Positions 38,121 to 47,505 of a DNA stretch of 64,000 nucleotides are shown one piece after another. Numbering within the stretch: position 1 is the first letter of the stretch; every line of letters begins with the position of its first letter. Source of the stretch: an uncultured Candidatus Saccharibacteria bacterium (GTDB lineage: Bacteria; Patescibacteriota; Minisyncoccia; Phycocordibacterales; VMEP01). The translations under genes and the position numbers were made by a program. Below the pieces are notes generated by a model that was given only the letters and a program-made list of their open reading frames with translations, was not told the origin of the DNA and did not search any database. The stretch lies in NCBI GenBank assembly GCA_964579635.1, contig CAZOFV010000003.1:2768-66767 (forward strand), written 5' to 3'.

Positions 38121-38881
38121 TTTTTAAAATTATATAGACCAGTTCCAAACCCACTATTAGGAGAGTATTCATTGGTCAAATTATTTCCATAAATATATTT
38201 TTCCTCTATTAGTTTTAGTGGCTTAAATAATTCTAAAACATAATCACGCGTGAAAGCCCGATGAGCATTGAAATAAACATTATTCTCTTTGTCTATTGGA
38301 ACAGAAATATACAGATTACCACCAGGGGACAAAACACGAGTTAGCTCTTTTGCTGCCTTTTCAGAGCCAAATTGGTCTAATTGGTCGCCATATCTACCAA
38401 GTCCAATATGTTCGATGACACATATTGAGCTAAGAGAGGAAATTTCATTATCTTTAAAAGGGAGATCTGTAACACTCCCTTTTATAAAAGACAGTTCTGG
38501 TAAAGATATGGATAAAGGCCTAATGTCTATCATTGTTGTTGGTACGAATTTGGATATTATTCCTACCATGATTGCTTGTGACCCTACATCATAGTGTTTT
38601 GTTGGTTTTTGTTTAAAAATTTTTTCTGCACACCATGTACCTTGAAGGAAATATATTGGATCGACGTTTGTCGAGGTGGTCTTGTCGTATATTCTAGGAA
38701 AAAGATTCTCCGTTTTTACTCGATATGTTTTATTAGTTTCTTTTTTTTTGAAGTAATAGTAATCAGATAAAAAATACACAAACATCCTTAGTCGTTTTAA
38801 AAAGTTTGGTTTTATTGAAAAAATGCGAAAAAAAATTACAAGATACTTGAAAATGGGTATTTTTTTTAATAGCGATTTCAT
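38117..38881 (-). CDS. DUF268-type putative SAM-dependent methyltransferase
   Basis: Resembles the DUF268 methyltransferase-like family (YDVGSQAIMVG...VIEHIGLGRYGD). Confidence 0.5.
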   Translation of the reverse strand: MKSLLKKIPIFKYLVIFFRIFSIKPNFLKRLRMFVYFLSDYYYFKKKETNKTYRVKTENLFPRIYDKTTSTNVDPIYFLQGTWCAEKIFKQKPTKHYDVGSQAIMVGIISKFVPTTMIDIRPLSISLPELSFIKGSVTDLPFKDNEISSLSSICVIEHIGLGRYGDQLDQFGSEKAAKELTRVLSPGGNLYISVPIDKENNVYFNAHRAFTRDYVLELFKPLKLIEEKYIYGNNLTNEYSPNSGFGTGLYNFKK

Positions 38882-38884
38882 TTT

Positions 38885-39319
38885 TTATTCCTTGTCACTC
38901 GATTTTAATAAAAGCTCACTCGAGGAATATATTTTTGGTAAATCAAGGATTTGGAATTTTATATTATTATCTTTACACGTTGATAGCTCGCTAATTTCTA
39001 AGTTACCATCTTTTCGATCTCCGCTGTTAAAGAAAAATAAATCGTCGTTTTGATACTTACTTCTAAGGTATTTTAATGATTCGCACTGTGTCTTGTCTTT
39101 ATCTATTGAAATAAATACCTCATCAACAGATTTAAGGTTGCTCATTATTTTTGCCCTGTGTTCTTCGTCCATAAATGGCTGTGAGCCCTTAAGGGATACT
39201 TGATGGTCACTGTTTATTATGCAGATAAGCTTATCAGATAGCTTTTTTGCCTCATTTATATATTCAAGGTGTCCATAATGTAGTGGGTTAAAGTACCCAG
39301 AAACTATTCCTATTATCAT
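38885..39319 (-). CDS. Cytidylyltransferase-like nucleotidyltransferase (HldE domain II / glycerol-3-phosphate cytidylyltransferase family)
   Basis: GYFNPLHYGHLEY (HxGH motif). 144 aa. Confidence 0.7.
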   Translation of the reverse strand: MIIGIVSGYFNPLHYGHLEYINEAKKLSDKLICIINSDHQVSLKGSQPFMDEEHRAKIMSNLKSVDEVFISIDKDKTQCESLKYLRSKYQNDDLFFFNSGDRKDGNLEISELSTCKDNNIKFQILDLPKIYSSSELLLKSSDKE

Positions 39320-39361
39320 GTTCTGTTAACAAAGTACTTTTTAATCACGTGTGACTTTTGT

Positions 39362-40336
39362 TTATACATTAGAGAATTGGTTTTTTCGCACAATTTGATA
39401 CCCCTTTATCAATTCATTGATAGCATCTTCTATTGGCATTTGTGTAACGAACCCTGTTTTTTCTATTTTTTCATTACTTATTATGTAATTTCTTTTATCT
39501 GGATCTTCGCCGATAGGGGATTCTATAAACACAAACTTAGGTAGTTGTTCTTTTATTTTTTCGCATAACTCAGATTTGCTTAAATTGGTATTTGAAAGGC
39601 CCACATTATATGATTGGTTTTTCATACTTTCAAAATTTTCCATTGCGTGTATAAAAGCAAAAGCAACATCTCTTACGTGTATATAATTTCTTTTGAAATG
39701 TGGCTCAAACAATACAACAGCTCTGTCTGTAACTGCACGATAAACAAAATCGTTTACGAGTAAATCCATGCGCATACGCGGACTAATTCCGCAGACTGTT
39801 GCTAGTCTGAATGTTATGGCATTTCCAGCCTCAAGAAGGGCTTTTTCGGTTTCGACTTTTAGTCTGCCGTAAAGAGAGACCGGCTCAAGTGGACTATTTT
39901 CATCACAATATGCGACACCTTCTTCCATTCGACCATAACCACTATTTGTATTCGGAAAGATTATTTTTTGTTCTGGTGTGCGAAGCTTAAGAAGCATCAA
40001 GATTGCGTCGCGGTTTATGCTGGTAGCACCCAACGGGTCTTGATCACACAAAGGGGCGCCAACTAAACAGGCAAGTGGAATTATGAAATCCTTATCAATA
40101 ATATGTTTTTTAATTAAAGATTCATTCCTCGCATCTCCGCGAATGATTGTGAGTGTTTTATAGTGGCAAACATCAAGAAGGGGTGATTGATTAAAGAGAA
40201 AATTATCTATTACAGTAACTTCATGTCCTGCCTTGAGTAATTCTGGCACTAAAACCGCTCCGATGTATCCCGCCCCTCCTGTTATAAGAATTTTTTTCAT
40301 GTTGTTTATTATATATTCAAATTTATAAGGTTTCAA
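39362..40336 (-). CDS. NAD-dependent epimerase/dehydratase (SDR, GalE-like)
   Basis: ILITGGAGYIGAVL Rossmann motif and YxxxK. Confidence 0.75.
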   Translation of the reverse strand: MKPYKFEYIINNMKKILITGGAGYIGAVLVPELLKAGHEVTVIDNFLFNQSPLLDVCHYKTLTIIRGDARNESLIKKHIIDKDFIIPLACLVGAPLCDQDPLGATSINRDAILMLLKLRTPEQKIIFPNTNSGYGRMEEGVAYCDENSPLEPVSLYGRLKVETEKALLEAGNAITFRLATVCGISPRMRMDLLVNDFVYRAVTDRAVVLFEPHFKRNYIHVRDVAFAFIHAMENFESMKNQSYNVGLSNTNLSKSELCEKIKEQLPKFVFIESPIGEDPDKRNYIISNEKIEKTGFVTQMPIEDAINELIKGYQIVRKNQFSNV

Positions 40337-40349
40337 TTTATGTGTTTAC

Positions 40350-41312
40350 TCATAATATTTCTGGGTAAACAAGCGATGTCCCGCGATCTTCAAATTTAAA
40401 ATCAAGAACATTTTCTTTAAACTCTTCTATAATATTTTTTTTAGTATTACTGTCGCATATTACCATTAAAAATCCGCAACCCCCGCTTCCAAGTAGCTTT
40501 ATTCCGTACGCACCCATACCCATAACTTGTTCTACCATTTTATCTATTTTTTCTGTTGAGATAAGCGGTGATATTTTACGTTTTTCGTTCCATGACTCTA
40601 GTAATAATTCTCCAATTCCCTTGATATCTTCTTTTAAAAAATAATCGTAAGCTTTTAGAGATAGTTCGAGTATCTTTTTTTTATCTTTGTTTTCGTGTGA
40701 TTGTGCTATCTCATTTTGGTTTCTTTGGTCGTTTGTGTAAATCAAAACAATAGAGTCTTCAAACTCACTTTTAAATTTATCTGAAACCGGTAGCGGTTTA
40801 ACAGAAAAATTTCCATTTTTTTCAATTGTTATCGTATTAAAACCACCGTATGCCGCCCATATTTGGTCTTGGATGCCGCCACTTTCTTTTAATATATTTC
40901 TTTCAATATGGATGGCGGTTTTGGCTATATCTTCCTTACTCACGGTTTCTCCCTTCAGATTTTTCATAAGATGTATCATTCCTGCACAAAAAGAAGAAGA
41001 ACCACCAAGACCTGTTCTTGCTGGTACGTCAGCAGAGGAGTTAAAATCTATGTGATTTTGGATATCTTGGTGTTTTAAAACTTCTCTAATAAGTGGATTT
41101 TGAATATCATTAAAAGAAGATACCACTTCGTGTTTAGAGTAGACTATGGAGTGTTCTTTCGGGAGAATTTTTGGTCTATATCTAGCTGATAGCCATATAT
41201 ATTTATCAATTGTGGTTCCTATAATAAACGAACCGTGTTCTTTGTAGAAAGATTCATAGTCAGTTGACCCGCCAAAAAATGATATTCTTAGTGGTGCTTT
41301 TACTATTATCAT
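40350..41312 (-). CDS. GHMP kinase (sugar-phosphate kinase; heptose-7-phosphate kinase HddA-like)
   Basis: PARTGLGGSSSF matches the GHMP ATP-binding motif PxGSGLGSSAA. Confidence 0.7.
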   Translation of the reverse strand: MIIVKAPLRISFFGGSTDYESFYKEHGSFIIGTTIDKYIWLSARYRPKILPKEHSIVYSKHEVVSSFNDIQNPLIREVLKHQDIQNHIDFNSSADVPARTGLGGSSSFCAGMIHLMKNLKGETVSKEDIAKTAIHIERNILKESGGIQDQIWAAYGGFNTITIEKNGNFSVKPLPVSDKFKSEFEDSIVLIYTNDQRNQNEIAQSHENKDKKKILELSLKAYDYFLKEDIKGIGELLLESWNEKRKISPLISTEKIDKMVEQVMGMGAYGIKLLGSGGCGFLMVICDSNTKKNIIEEFKENVLDFKFEDRGTSLVYPEIL

Positions 41313-42496
41313 ATAGAGTTTAACAGCTTACATAGTCTAGGAATATTGCTTTTTTCAAGCCCTGGATAGTTTCCTATATACCACCCGAAATGATGCACGT
41401 GGTTGGTATTGGGGTAATTTAAATATTCATTACCAAAGAGACGTCTTAGATATGGTTGCATAAGCTGGTTTCCTCCACCAGACATTCCTCTTCTGAATTC
41501 AATCATGTTTTCTTTGAGGATTTTTTCTACACTATCTCTCATCTTAAAATCAGCTTTTTTTAAGAGTAGGGTAAAGGCGTAGTTAGAATTTCCTGTTTGA
41601 TTAAAATCAGTAAAGTATTTTTCATTATCGAGATTTTTTAGAAAGATTTTTAAGTTGTCTTTTCTTATTTTGTTGTTTTTATCCAACCTCTTTAGTTGAT
41701 TTATCGCCATTACAGCATTAATTTCACTATTTCTCATGTTGTATGCAGGAGAAGAAAAAATGAAATCAGTATTTAAATCACTATATTTTTTAGCGTAATC
41801 ATTTTTTATTTTTTCGTTAGTACATTCTCTTACCATGCCGTGAGATCTAAACATTCTTGCGTGCTGATATATTTTTTCGTCGTCAGTGCAAATCATGCCA
41901 CCCTCAACCGAAGAAAGGTGGTGGGCATAATAAAATGAAAAATTAGAAACTAAACCAAATGAGCCACATTTCTTCCCTTTGAATGTTGCTCCATGTGATT
42001 CACACACATCTTCAATAAGTATAATTTTTTTCTTTTTACAGATATCGAGTAGCTCTTCTGTAAGGCCATTGTATCCAAGAATGTGGGTTAAAAATATCGC
42101 ACGAGTTTTTGGTGATATTTTCTTTTTTAATTCCTCAACATCTATGGCTAAAGTAGAAAGGTTAATATCACAAAATACCGGGGTAAATCCATTTTGTAAA
42201 ACGGAAGCGATATCAGAAACCCAGGTTAATGGAGGTACTATTATTTCCCCAGTTCCATAGATCTCTTTTAAAGCCAACATCGTAATTTGGTTAGCTGAGC
42301 TACCAGAGTTTACAAAAACACAGTATTTAACACCAAGCCATTTTGCCCATTTTTCCTCAAATTCCCTTACTTTTTTTGATTGCGTAAGAATAGGGACTTC
42401 TTTTTGAGACAGAAAAGAAACAACCTTGTTAACGTCTTCCCGGGAAATGTTGTTAGACATTAATGGCCAATTAGTAATTTTTTTGTGTTTATTCAT
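41309..42496 (-). CDS. DegT/DnrJ/EryC1 family PLP/PMP enzyme with His replacing the catalytic Lys: sugar 3-dehydratase (ColD/E1-like)
   Basis: The DegT fold motif reads SFYYAHHLSSVEGG, where true aminotransferases have SF...K....GEGG. Lys-to-His is the hallmark of ColD and CDP-6-deoxy-4-hexulose-3-dehydrase E1. Confidence 0.7.
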   Translation of the reverse strand: MNKHKKITNWPLMSNNISREDVNKVVSFLSQKEVPILTQSKKVREFEEKWAKWLGVKYCVFVNSGSSANQITMLALKEIYGTGEIIVPPLTWVSDIASVLQNGFTPVFCDINLSTLAIDVEELKKKISPKTRAIFLTHILGYNGLTEELLDICKKKKIILIEDVCESHGATFKGKKCGSFGLVSNFSFYYAHHLSSVEGGMICTDDEKIYQHARMFRSHGMVRECTNEKIKNDYAKKYSDLNTDFIFSSPAYNMRNSEINAVMAINQLKRLDKNNKIRKDNLKIFLKNLDNEKYFTDFNQTGNSNYAFTLLLKKADFKMRDSVEKILKENMIEFRRGMSGGGNQLMQPYLRRLFGNEYLNYPNTNHVHHFGWYIGNYPGLEKSNIPRLCKLLNSI

Positions 42497-42675
42497 TTTA
42501 ATAGTTTTGTGTTTTTAGCGTTAGATTCTATAGGATATCATAATTATACTACTTCTGAGAAGGAGCTTTTTGGACCTTTGGTTGCGATGATATTTACGTT
42601 TATTTTTGAGCAAAATTGACAGAGGTATTTTTTTTACATAACATTACTTAATCATTTATCCTCTTAATTAAAAAT

Positions 42676-43704
42676 ATGGAAAAAATAAAAAATAAGAAAG
42701 CGGAAGCAAAATTAAAAAAAATAAAAAGAGTGTTAATTACTGGTATTTCTGGTTCAGGTGGAAGTTATTTAGCCGAATATATAGTTAAAAATCATCCAAA
42801 AATTGAGGTTCATGGTATGGGTCGTTGGCACAGCACTACCGTTACAGATAATCTTCATGAGATTAGAGATAAGGTTATTTTACATGAATGTGATCTTATG
42901 GATTTTAGTTCTGTTTTGTCAGCATTAGAGAAAAGTAAACCAGACGCAATTTTCCATTTGGCGGCTCATGCTAACGTGCGGGCGTCGTTTCAAACACCGC
43001 TATCTGTTTTGAATAATAATATTATGAGTACAGCAAATCTTTTTGAGGCTATTCGTGCCGCAAAAATTAACCCACTTATTCAGCTTTGTAGCAGTTCAGA
43101 AGTTTACGGCATAGTAGATCCTAAATATGTTCCAATTAACGAAAGTACACCAATGTGTCCAACGAGCCCGTACGCTGTTTCAAAGGTTGCACAAGACATG
43201 CTTGGTTATAGTTATTTTAAATCATACAAAATGCCAATAATAAGGACGAGAATGTTTACCTACCTAAATCCTCGTCGAACTGACTTATTTGCAACTTCTT
43301 TTGCTAGGCAGGTAGTCAGGATAGAAATGGGATTACAGAAAGAGTTGGTACATGGGAACCTTGATTCAATAAGAACAATTATCGACGTAAGAGACGCCAT
43401 GCGGGCTTATTGGGACGCTCTTATATATTGTGAGCCAGGGGAGGCCTACAACATAGGAGGAACGACAACAATCTCGGTTGGTGATTTTTTAGACACATTA
43501 ATATCTCTTGCAAAAAAACCAATTCCAACGAGAGTGGACCCTGCTTTGTTACGTCCGTCAGATGTAACCCTTCAAATTCCTGATACAAGTAAATTTTGTA
43601 AAACGACAGGGTGGGAACCAGAATATACATTTAAGGAAAGTATGGCGCACCTTTTAGATCACTGGCGTAAAGAAGTAGCAAAAGAACTAACTGCCACCAA
43701 ATAA
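42676..43704 (+). CDS. NAD(P)-dependent sugar nucleotide dehydratase/reductase (Gmd/Rmd/ColC-like SDR)
   Basis: VLITGISGSGGSYLAEYIV resembles Gmd [14 protein letters not shown]. 342 aa. Confidence 0.65.
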   Translation: MEKIKNKKAEAKLKKIKRVLITGISGSGGSYLAEYIVKNHPKIEVHGMGRWHSTTVTDNLHEIRDKVILHECDLMDFSSVLSALEKSKPDAIFHLAAHANVRASFQTPLSVLNNNIMSTANLFEAIRAAKINPLIQLCSSSEVYGIVDPKYVPINESTPMCPTSPYAVSKVAQDMLGYSYFKSYKMPIIRTRMFTYLNPRRTDLFATSFARQVVRIEMGLQKELVHGNLDSIRTIIDVRDAMRAYWDALIYCEPGEAYNIGGTTTISVGDFLDTLISLAKKPIPTRVDPALLRPSDVTLQIPDTSKFCKTTGWEPEYTFKESMAHLLDHWRKEVAKELTATK

Positions 43705-43837
43705 ATAGCGTTTATGTTTACAAAAAAGCAATCACAGTATTGCTTTTTTTGTAATTTGTGATATAAAATTGAAAGAAAAAGTTCCTTAAATATGGGACTT
43801 TCCCAATTCAAATCAACTACTGATAGCGAGGTTTATC

Positions 43838-45379
43838 GTGGATAAAAAATTAGATGTTTTGTTTGTTAATCCCGATTCGTCCTTTCAGGCTTATCAGGGA
43901 TTGAGTGAAATCTACGCGGCCATTGAGCCACCCACTTGGGCGCTATTGTTGGCCCAGAGTTGTCGTGCAAAGGGGTTTGGAGTCGGCATCCTTGATTGTG
44001 GTGCAGAAAGGCTTAGCTTAGGCGATGCGGTGAAACGTATCGTAGAAGAAAAACCAAGACTCATTTGCTTTGTGATGTACGGGCAAAACCCAAACTCCGG
44101 TACGGCCAGTATGGCCGGCGCTGAACTTTTGGGCAAAGAGCTGAAAGAACTTTACCCCGAAGTTACGTTGTGTTTCGTCGGTTCCCATGTAAGTGCCTTA
44201 CCCAGAGAAGTTTTGGCAATTGATTGTGTAGACCTCGTGCTATTAAACGAAGGGGTTTATGCTTTGCACAACTTACTCCAGACTGACCTTAGCAATTCAT
44301 CGCTCGGGAAAGTAAAGGGTATTGGCTACAAGAAAGATGGGGTTTTGGTCTTGAACCAGCCAGAACGAGTGGTACCGCAAGAAAGAATGGATATTGATTT
44401 ACCGGGGTATGCCTGGGACCTTCTTCCTTGCCGCGAAAGGCCGCTTGATATGTATCGTGCTCATTTTTGGCATGCAGGTTTTGATCACGACAAGCGCACC
44501 CCATTTGCGGCGATTTACACCTCCCTTGGATGCACCTTCAAGTGTGATTTTTGCATGATTAACATCGTTAATCGTGTTGACAACACAGACGGTATATCCG
44601 CCGGCAATTCCCCAGGAATGCGTTTTTGGTCACCCGAGTTTATTCTCGGTGAATTTGAAAAGCTGGCAGCGATGGGTGTTGAGACAGTCAGAATCTCGGA
44701 CGAAATGTTTTTTCTCAACAAGCGTTTTTTTAACCCGCTTCTCGCTGGGGTTGTCGACAGGGATCTGAAGTTTCGCATGTGGGCATACTCAAGGGTGGAC
44801 ACGGTTCAACCTCAGTACTTAGAACTTTTTAGGCGCGCTGGTATTAATTGGCTCGCCTTAGGTGTTGAGGCTGGGAATCAGATCGTAAGACGGGATGCTT
44901 CCAAGGGTTCGTTCAAAGATGTGAACATTCGAGATGTGGTAAATACCGTGCGTTCTGGCGGTATAAACGTCATCGCGAATTACATTTTCGGACTTCCCGA
45001 GGATAGCACGGCAACGATGCAGGAAACACTAGATCTTGCCGTTGAGCTAAATACGGAAATGGTGAATATGTATCCGTGCCAAGCTCTCCCTGGAAGTACG
45101 CTTTATTTTGAGGCTAGGAAAAACGGGATTGCTTTACCGGATTCCTATTCTGGCTACGCGTTTCTTTCTTACGAAAGCCAGCCGTTACCAACCAAGTACT
45201 GCTCTTCGGCAGAAGTACTTCGCTTCCGTGATAATGCGTGGACAACGTATTTTTCCAACCAAGATTACCTCGCCCTTGTGGAGAGAAAATTTGGTGAGGA
45301 AGAACGCAGAAACGTTGAGGCGATGTCGAAGATAAGGTTGTTACGCAAGATTCTTGGGGATCCTGCTCCCGAGAAATGA
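43838..45379 (+). CDS. B12-binding (class B) radical SAM enzyme, GC-rich, probable sugar C-methyltransferase or rearrangement enzyme
   Basis: N-terminal B12-binding-like domain. CTFKCDFC (Cx3Cx2C) radical-SAM cluster motif. GC content is clearly above the flanks. Confidence 0.7.
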   Translation: MDKKLDVLFVNPDSSFQAYQGLSEIYAAIEPPTWALLLAQSCRAKGFGVGILDCGAERLSLGDAVKRIVEEKPRLICFVMYGQNPNSGTASMAGAELLGKELKELYPEVTLCFVGSHVSALPREVLAIDCVDLVLLNEGVYALHNLLQTDLSNSSLGKVKGIGYKKDGVLVLNQPERVVPQERMDIDLPGYAWDLLPCRERPLDMYRAHFWHAGFDHDKRTPFAAIYTSLGCTFKCDFCMINIVNRVDNTDGISAGNSPGMRFWSPEFILGEFEKLAAMGVETVRISDEMFFLNKRFFNPLLAGVVDRDLKFRMWAYSRVDTVQPQYLELFRRAGINWLALGVEAGNQIVRRDASKGSFKDVNIRDVVNTVRSGGINVIANYIFGLPEDSTATMQETLDLAVELNTEMVNMYPCQALPGSTLYFEARKNGIALPDSYSGYAFLSYESQPLPTKYCSSAEVLRFRDNAWTTYFSNQDYLALVERKFGEEERRNVEAMSKIRLLRKILGDPAPEK

Positions 45380-45396
45380 TGTTCCTAGTGATTTGA

Positions 45397-45432
45397 CCAC
45401 GCGTGGCAGTATGCCACGCGTGTTTTTTTTAT
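45397..45432 (+). terminator. Rho-independent terminator after the radical SAM gene
   Basis: CCACGCGTGGC-agtat-GCCACGCGTG hairpin plus T8. Confidence 0.6.
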
Positions 45433-45493
45433 TAATTTATATAAAAAGAACGTATTATTTTTAAATATATACATTATGATATAATCGTAAATT

Positions 45494-46132
45494 ATGGATA
45501 GTAATAAAATATCGTCTGGAAAGGGGAGAGACTTAACCCCAGAAGATTTAATTAACTTTGAGGAAGAAATTGCAGAATTATTTAATTCTGCAAAAATCCG
45601 ATCGCCGATACATCTTTATTATGGAAACGAAAAGGAGATAATAGAAGTATTCCGCGATGTTAAAGAAGACGACTGGGTAATGTGTTCTTGGAGAAGTCAT
45701 TACCAATGTCTTCTTAAAGGTGTTCCAGAAGATAAATTACGCGAAGAGATTCTTGCTAATAGGTCAATATCACTATGTTTCCCTGAACAGAGAATAGTTT
45801 CTTCCGCAATTGTGGGAGGGATTCTTCCGATTGCAGTCGGGGTTGCTATGGGTATCAAAAGAAGTGGTGGGAAAAATAAAGTCCACTGTTTTATGGGAGA
45901 TATGACATCAGAGACTGGTATAGCACACGAATGTATTAAATACGCGACAAATCACGATTTGCCAATACGTTTTATTATTGAAGATAATGGAAAGTCTGTG
46001 TGCACAGAAACACTTAATACATGGAAACAAGATAAACTTACATACGAAGACACTAAAAATCCCATGATAATTTATTATAAATACCAAACTAAATATCCTC
46101 ATGCCGGAGCGGGGGAGCGGGTTCAATTTTAA
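45494..46132 (+). CDS. Minimal TPP-dependent dehydrogenase E1 alpha-like subunit
   Basis: FMGDMTSETGIAHECIKYATNHDLPIRFIIEDNG matches the TPP-binding GDG...E..N...LP..F..ENN motif. Only 212 aa. Confidence 0.6.
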   Translation: MDSNKISSGKGRDLTPEDLINFEEEIAELFNSAKIRSPIHLYYGNEKEIIEVFRDVKEDDWVMCSWRSHYQCLLKGVPEDKLREEILANRSISLCFPEQRIVSSAIVGGILPIAVGVAMGIKRSGGKNKVHCFMGDMTSETGIAHECIKYATNHDLPIRFIIEDNGKSVCTETLNTWKQDKLTYEDTKNPMIIYYKYQTKYPHAGAGERVQF

Positions 46133-46135
46133 TTT

Positions 46136-46672
46136 ATGAAATATTTCGAAGAACTTAGTCGCGCAATGGAAATGATCGCACAAGATGAGAGGTCTTTTTT
46201 TATTGGACAAGCGGTGGCGTGTCCAGGGACTGCGATGACCACAACTCTTAAAAATGTCCCCCGAGAAAAACTTTTAGAACTTCCCGTTGCGGAAGAAATG
46301 CAGATGGGGATGTCTATAGGCCTTGCGTTAGCTGGTCATATCCCAGTTAGTATTTTCCCAAGGTGGAATTTTTTGCTTGTGGGAACAAGTCAGCTGGTTA
46401 ATCATTTGGATAAATTATCTATTATGTCAAACGGAGGTTATAAACCCAAAGTTATTATCCGTACGGGCATTGGGTCTGTTCGCCCGATGCATCCACAGTT
46501 TCAACATGTAGGTGATTACACAGAAGCGTTTAGGCTTATGTGCCCAAACGTTGAAATAATTCGTCTTGAAGAGCCGGAAGATATTTTTCCTGCATATAAA
46601 AAATCTCTTGAAAGAGAGGATGGTAAGAGTACTATTTTAGTTGAGTACGGAGATTACTATAACGAGAAATAG
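46136..46672 (+). CDS. Minimal E1 beta / transketolase pyrimidine-binding-domain-like subunit
   Basis: FIGQAVACPGT...LPVAEEMQMGMSIGLALAGHIPV resembles the transketolase Pyr domain. 178 aa, 4 nt downstream of the alpha-like gene. Confidence 0.55.
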   Translation: MKYFEELSRAMEMIAQDERSFFIGQAVACPGTAMTTTLKNVPREKLLELPVAEEMQMGMSIGLALAGHIPVSIFPRWNFLLVGTSQLVNHLDKLSIMSNGGYKPKVIIRTGIGSVRPMHPQFQHVGDYTEAFRLMCPNVEIIRLEEPEDIFPAYKKSLEREDGKSTILVEYGDYYNEK

Positions 46673-46729
46673 ACGAGCCCTGTTTTGAGAAAGACTATAC
46701 TTGAAAACATTAAGTTTGGTTTTTGGTTG

Positions 46730-47488
46730 CTAAGCACGTCCCTTTGGAAGGGTCCACTCCCCAGATGAAGCAGAAAGTTTTATTGGAGCGGTATTGCAAA
46801 CAAAGATCGAGTCAAAAGGAGCTATAAATTTTTCCTTTATTTCAAATCCAGCACATTTAAGCATTGATTCAATTGAGCTAGGCGTCATTCCCCAAAACCA
46901 GTTTGCATAACCTTCTTCTGGTTCATATGGTGTTGTGATTCCTATTTGGCTACTCATTTTTCTATTCCAAATTTTTCTTTGACTTTCATCTAAGAATGGA
47001 TAAAGCACTGCCATATTTTTCATTCCAGGAACTTCTGGTATGGATGCAGTATTTAAGATTAAGGTTTCTCCACAAATAGCGCGAAGTCTTGTGAGAAGGT
47101 GAATAGGATCTGGTGTGTGGTAAAGAACCCCAGAGCATAGTACGACATCACATACTCCAATAGCGTCAGTTGTTGAGGATTGATGGATGTCTCCTTGAAT
47201 AAATCCAATTTTAGAATTTCTTTTATTTTTTTCTTCTATAAACTTTGGGCTTTCTGGGTATATATCAATAGCTGTTACTTTTTTTGCACCGCTTTCTTCT
47301 GCAATAAATGAGTTTAGTCCATTTACTCCCCATAGTGCACCAACGTCGGCAAAAGATTTTCCCTTAACATATTTTCTAATCAAGTCAGCATTAGTAGTTT
47401 GTTTTATTCCAACAATTTTTTTTATTTTTCTTAAAGCTCTGTTGACTATTTGGTTGTGTCTAGTTAGCGTAGTAATTTTGTATAACAT
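46730..47488 (-). CDS. Class I SAM-dependent methyltransferase
   Basis: Rossmann-like VTAIDIYPES...CDVVLCSGVLYH region. Confidence 0.55.
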   Translation of the reverse strand: MLYKITTLTRHNQIVNRALRKIKKIVGIKQTTNADLIRKYVKGKSFADVGALWGVNGLNSFIAEESGAKKVTAIDIYPESPKFIEEKNKRNSKIGFIQGDIHQSSTTDAIGVCDVVLCSGVLYHTPDPIHLLTRLRAICGETLILNTASIPEVPGMKNMAVLYPFLDESQRKIWNRKMSSQIGITTPYEPEEGYANWFWGMTPSSIESMLKCAGFEIKEKFIAPFDSIFVCNTAPIKLSASSGEWTLPKGRA

Positions 47489-47505
47489 AATCGGTATTTA
47501 AAATA

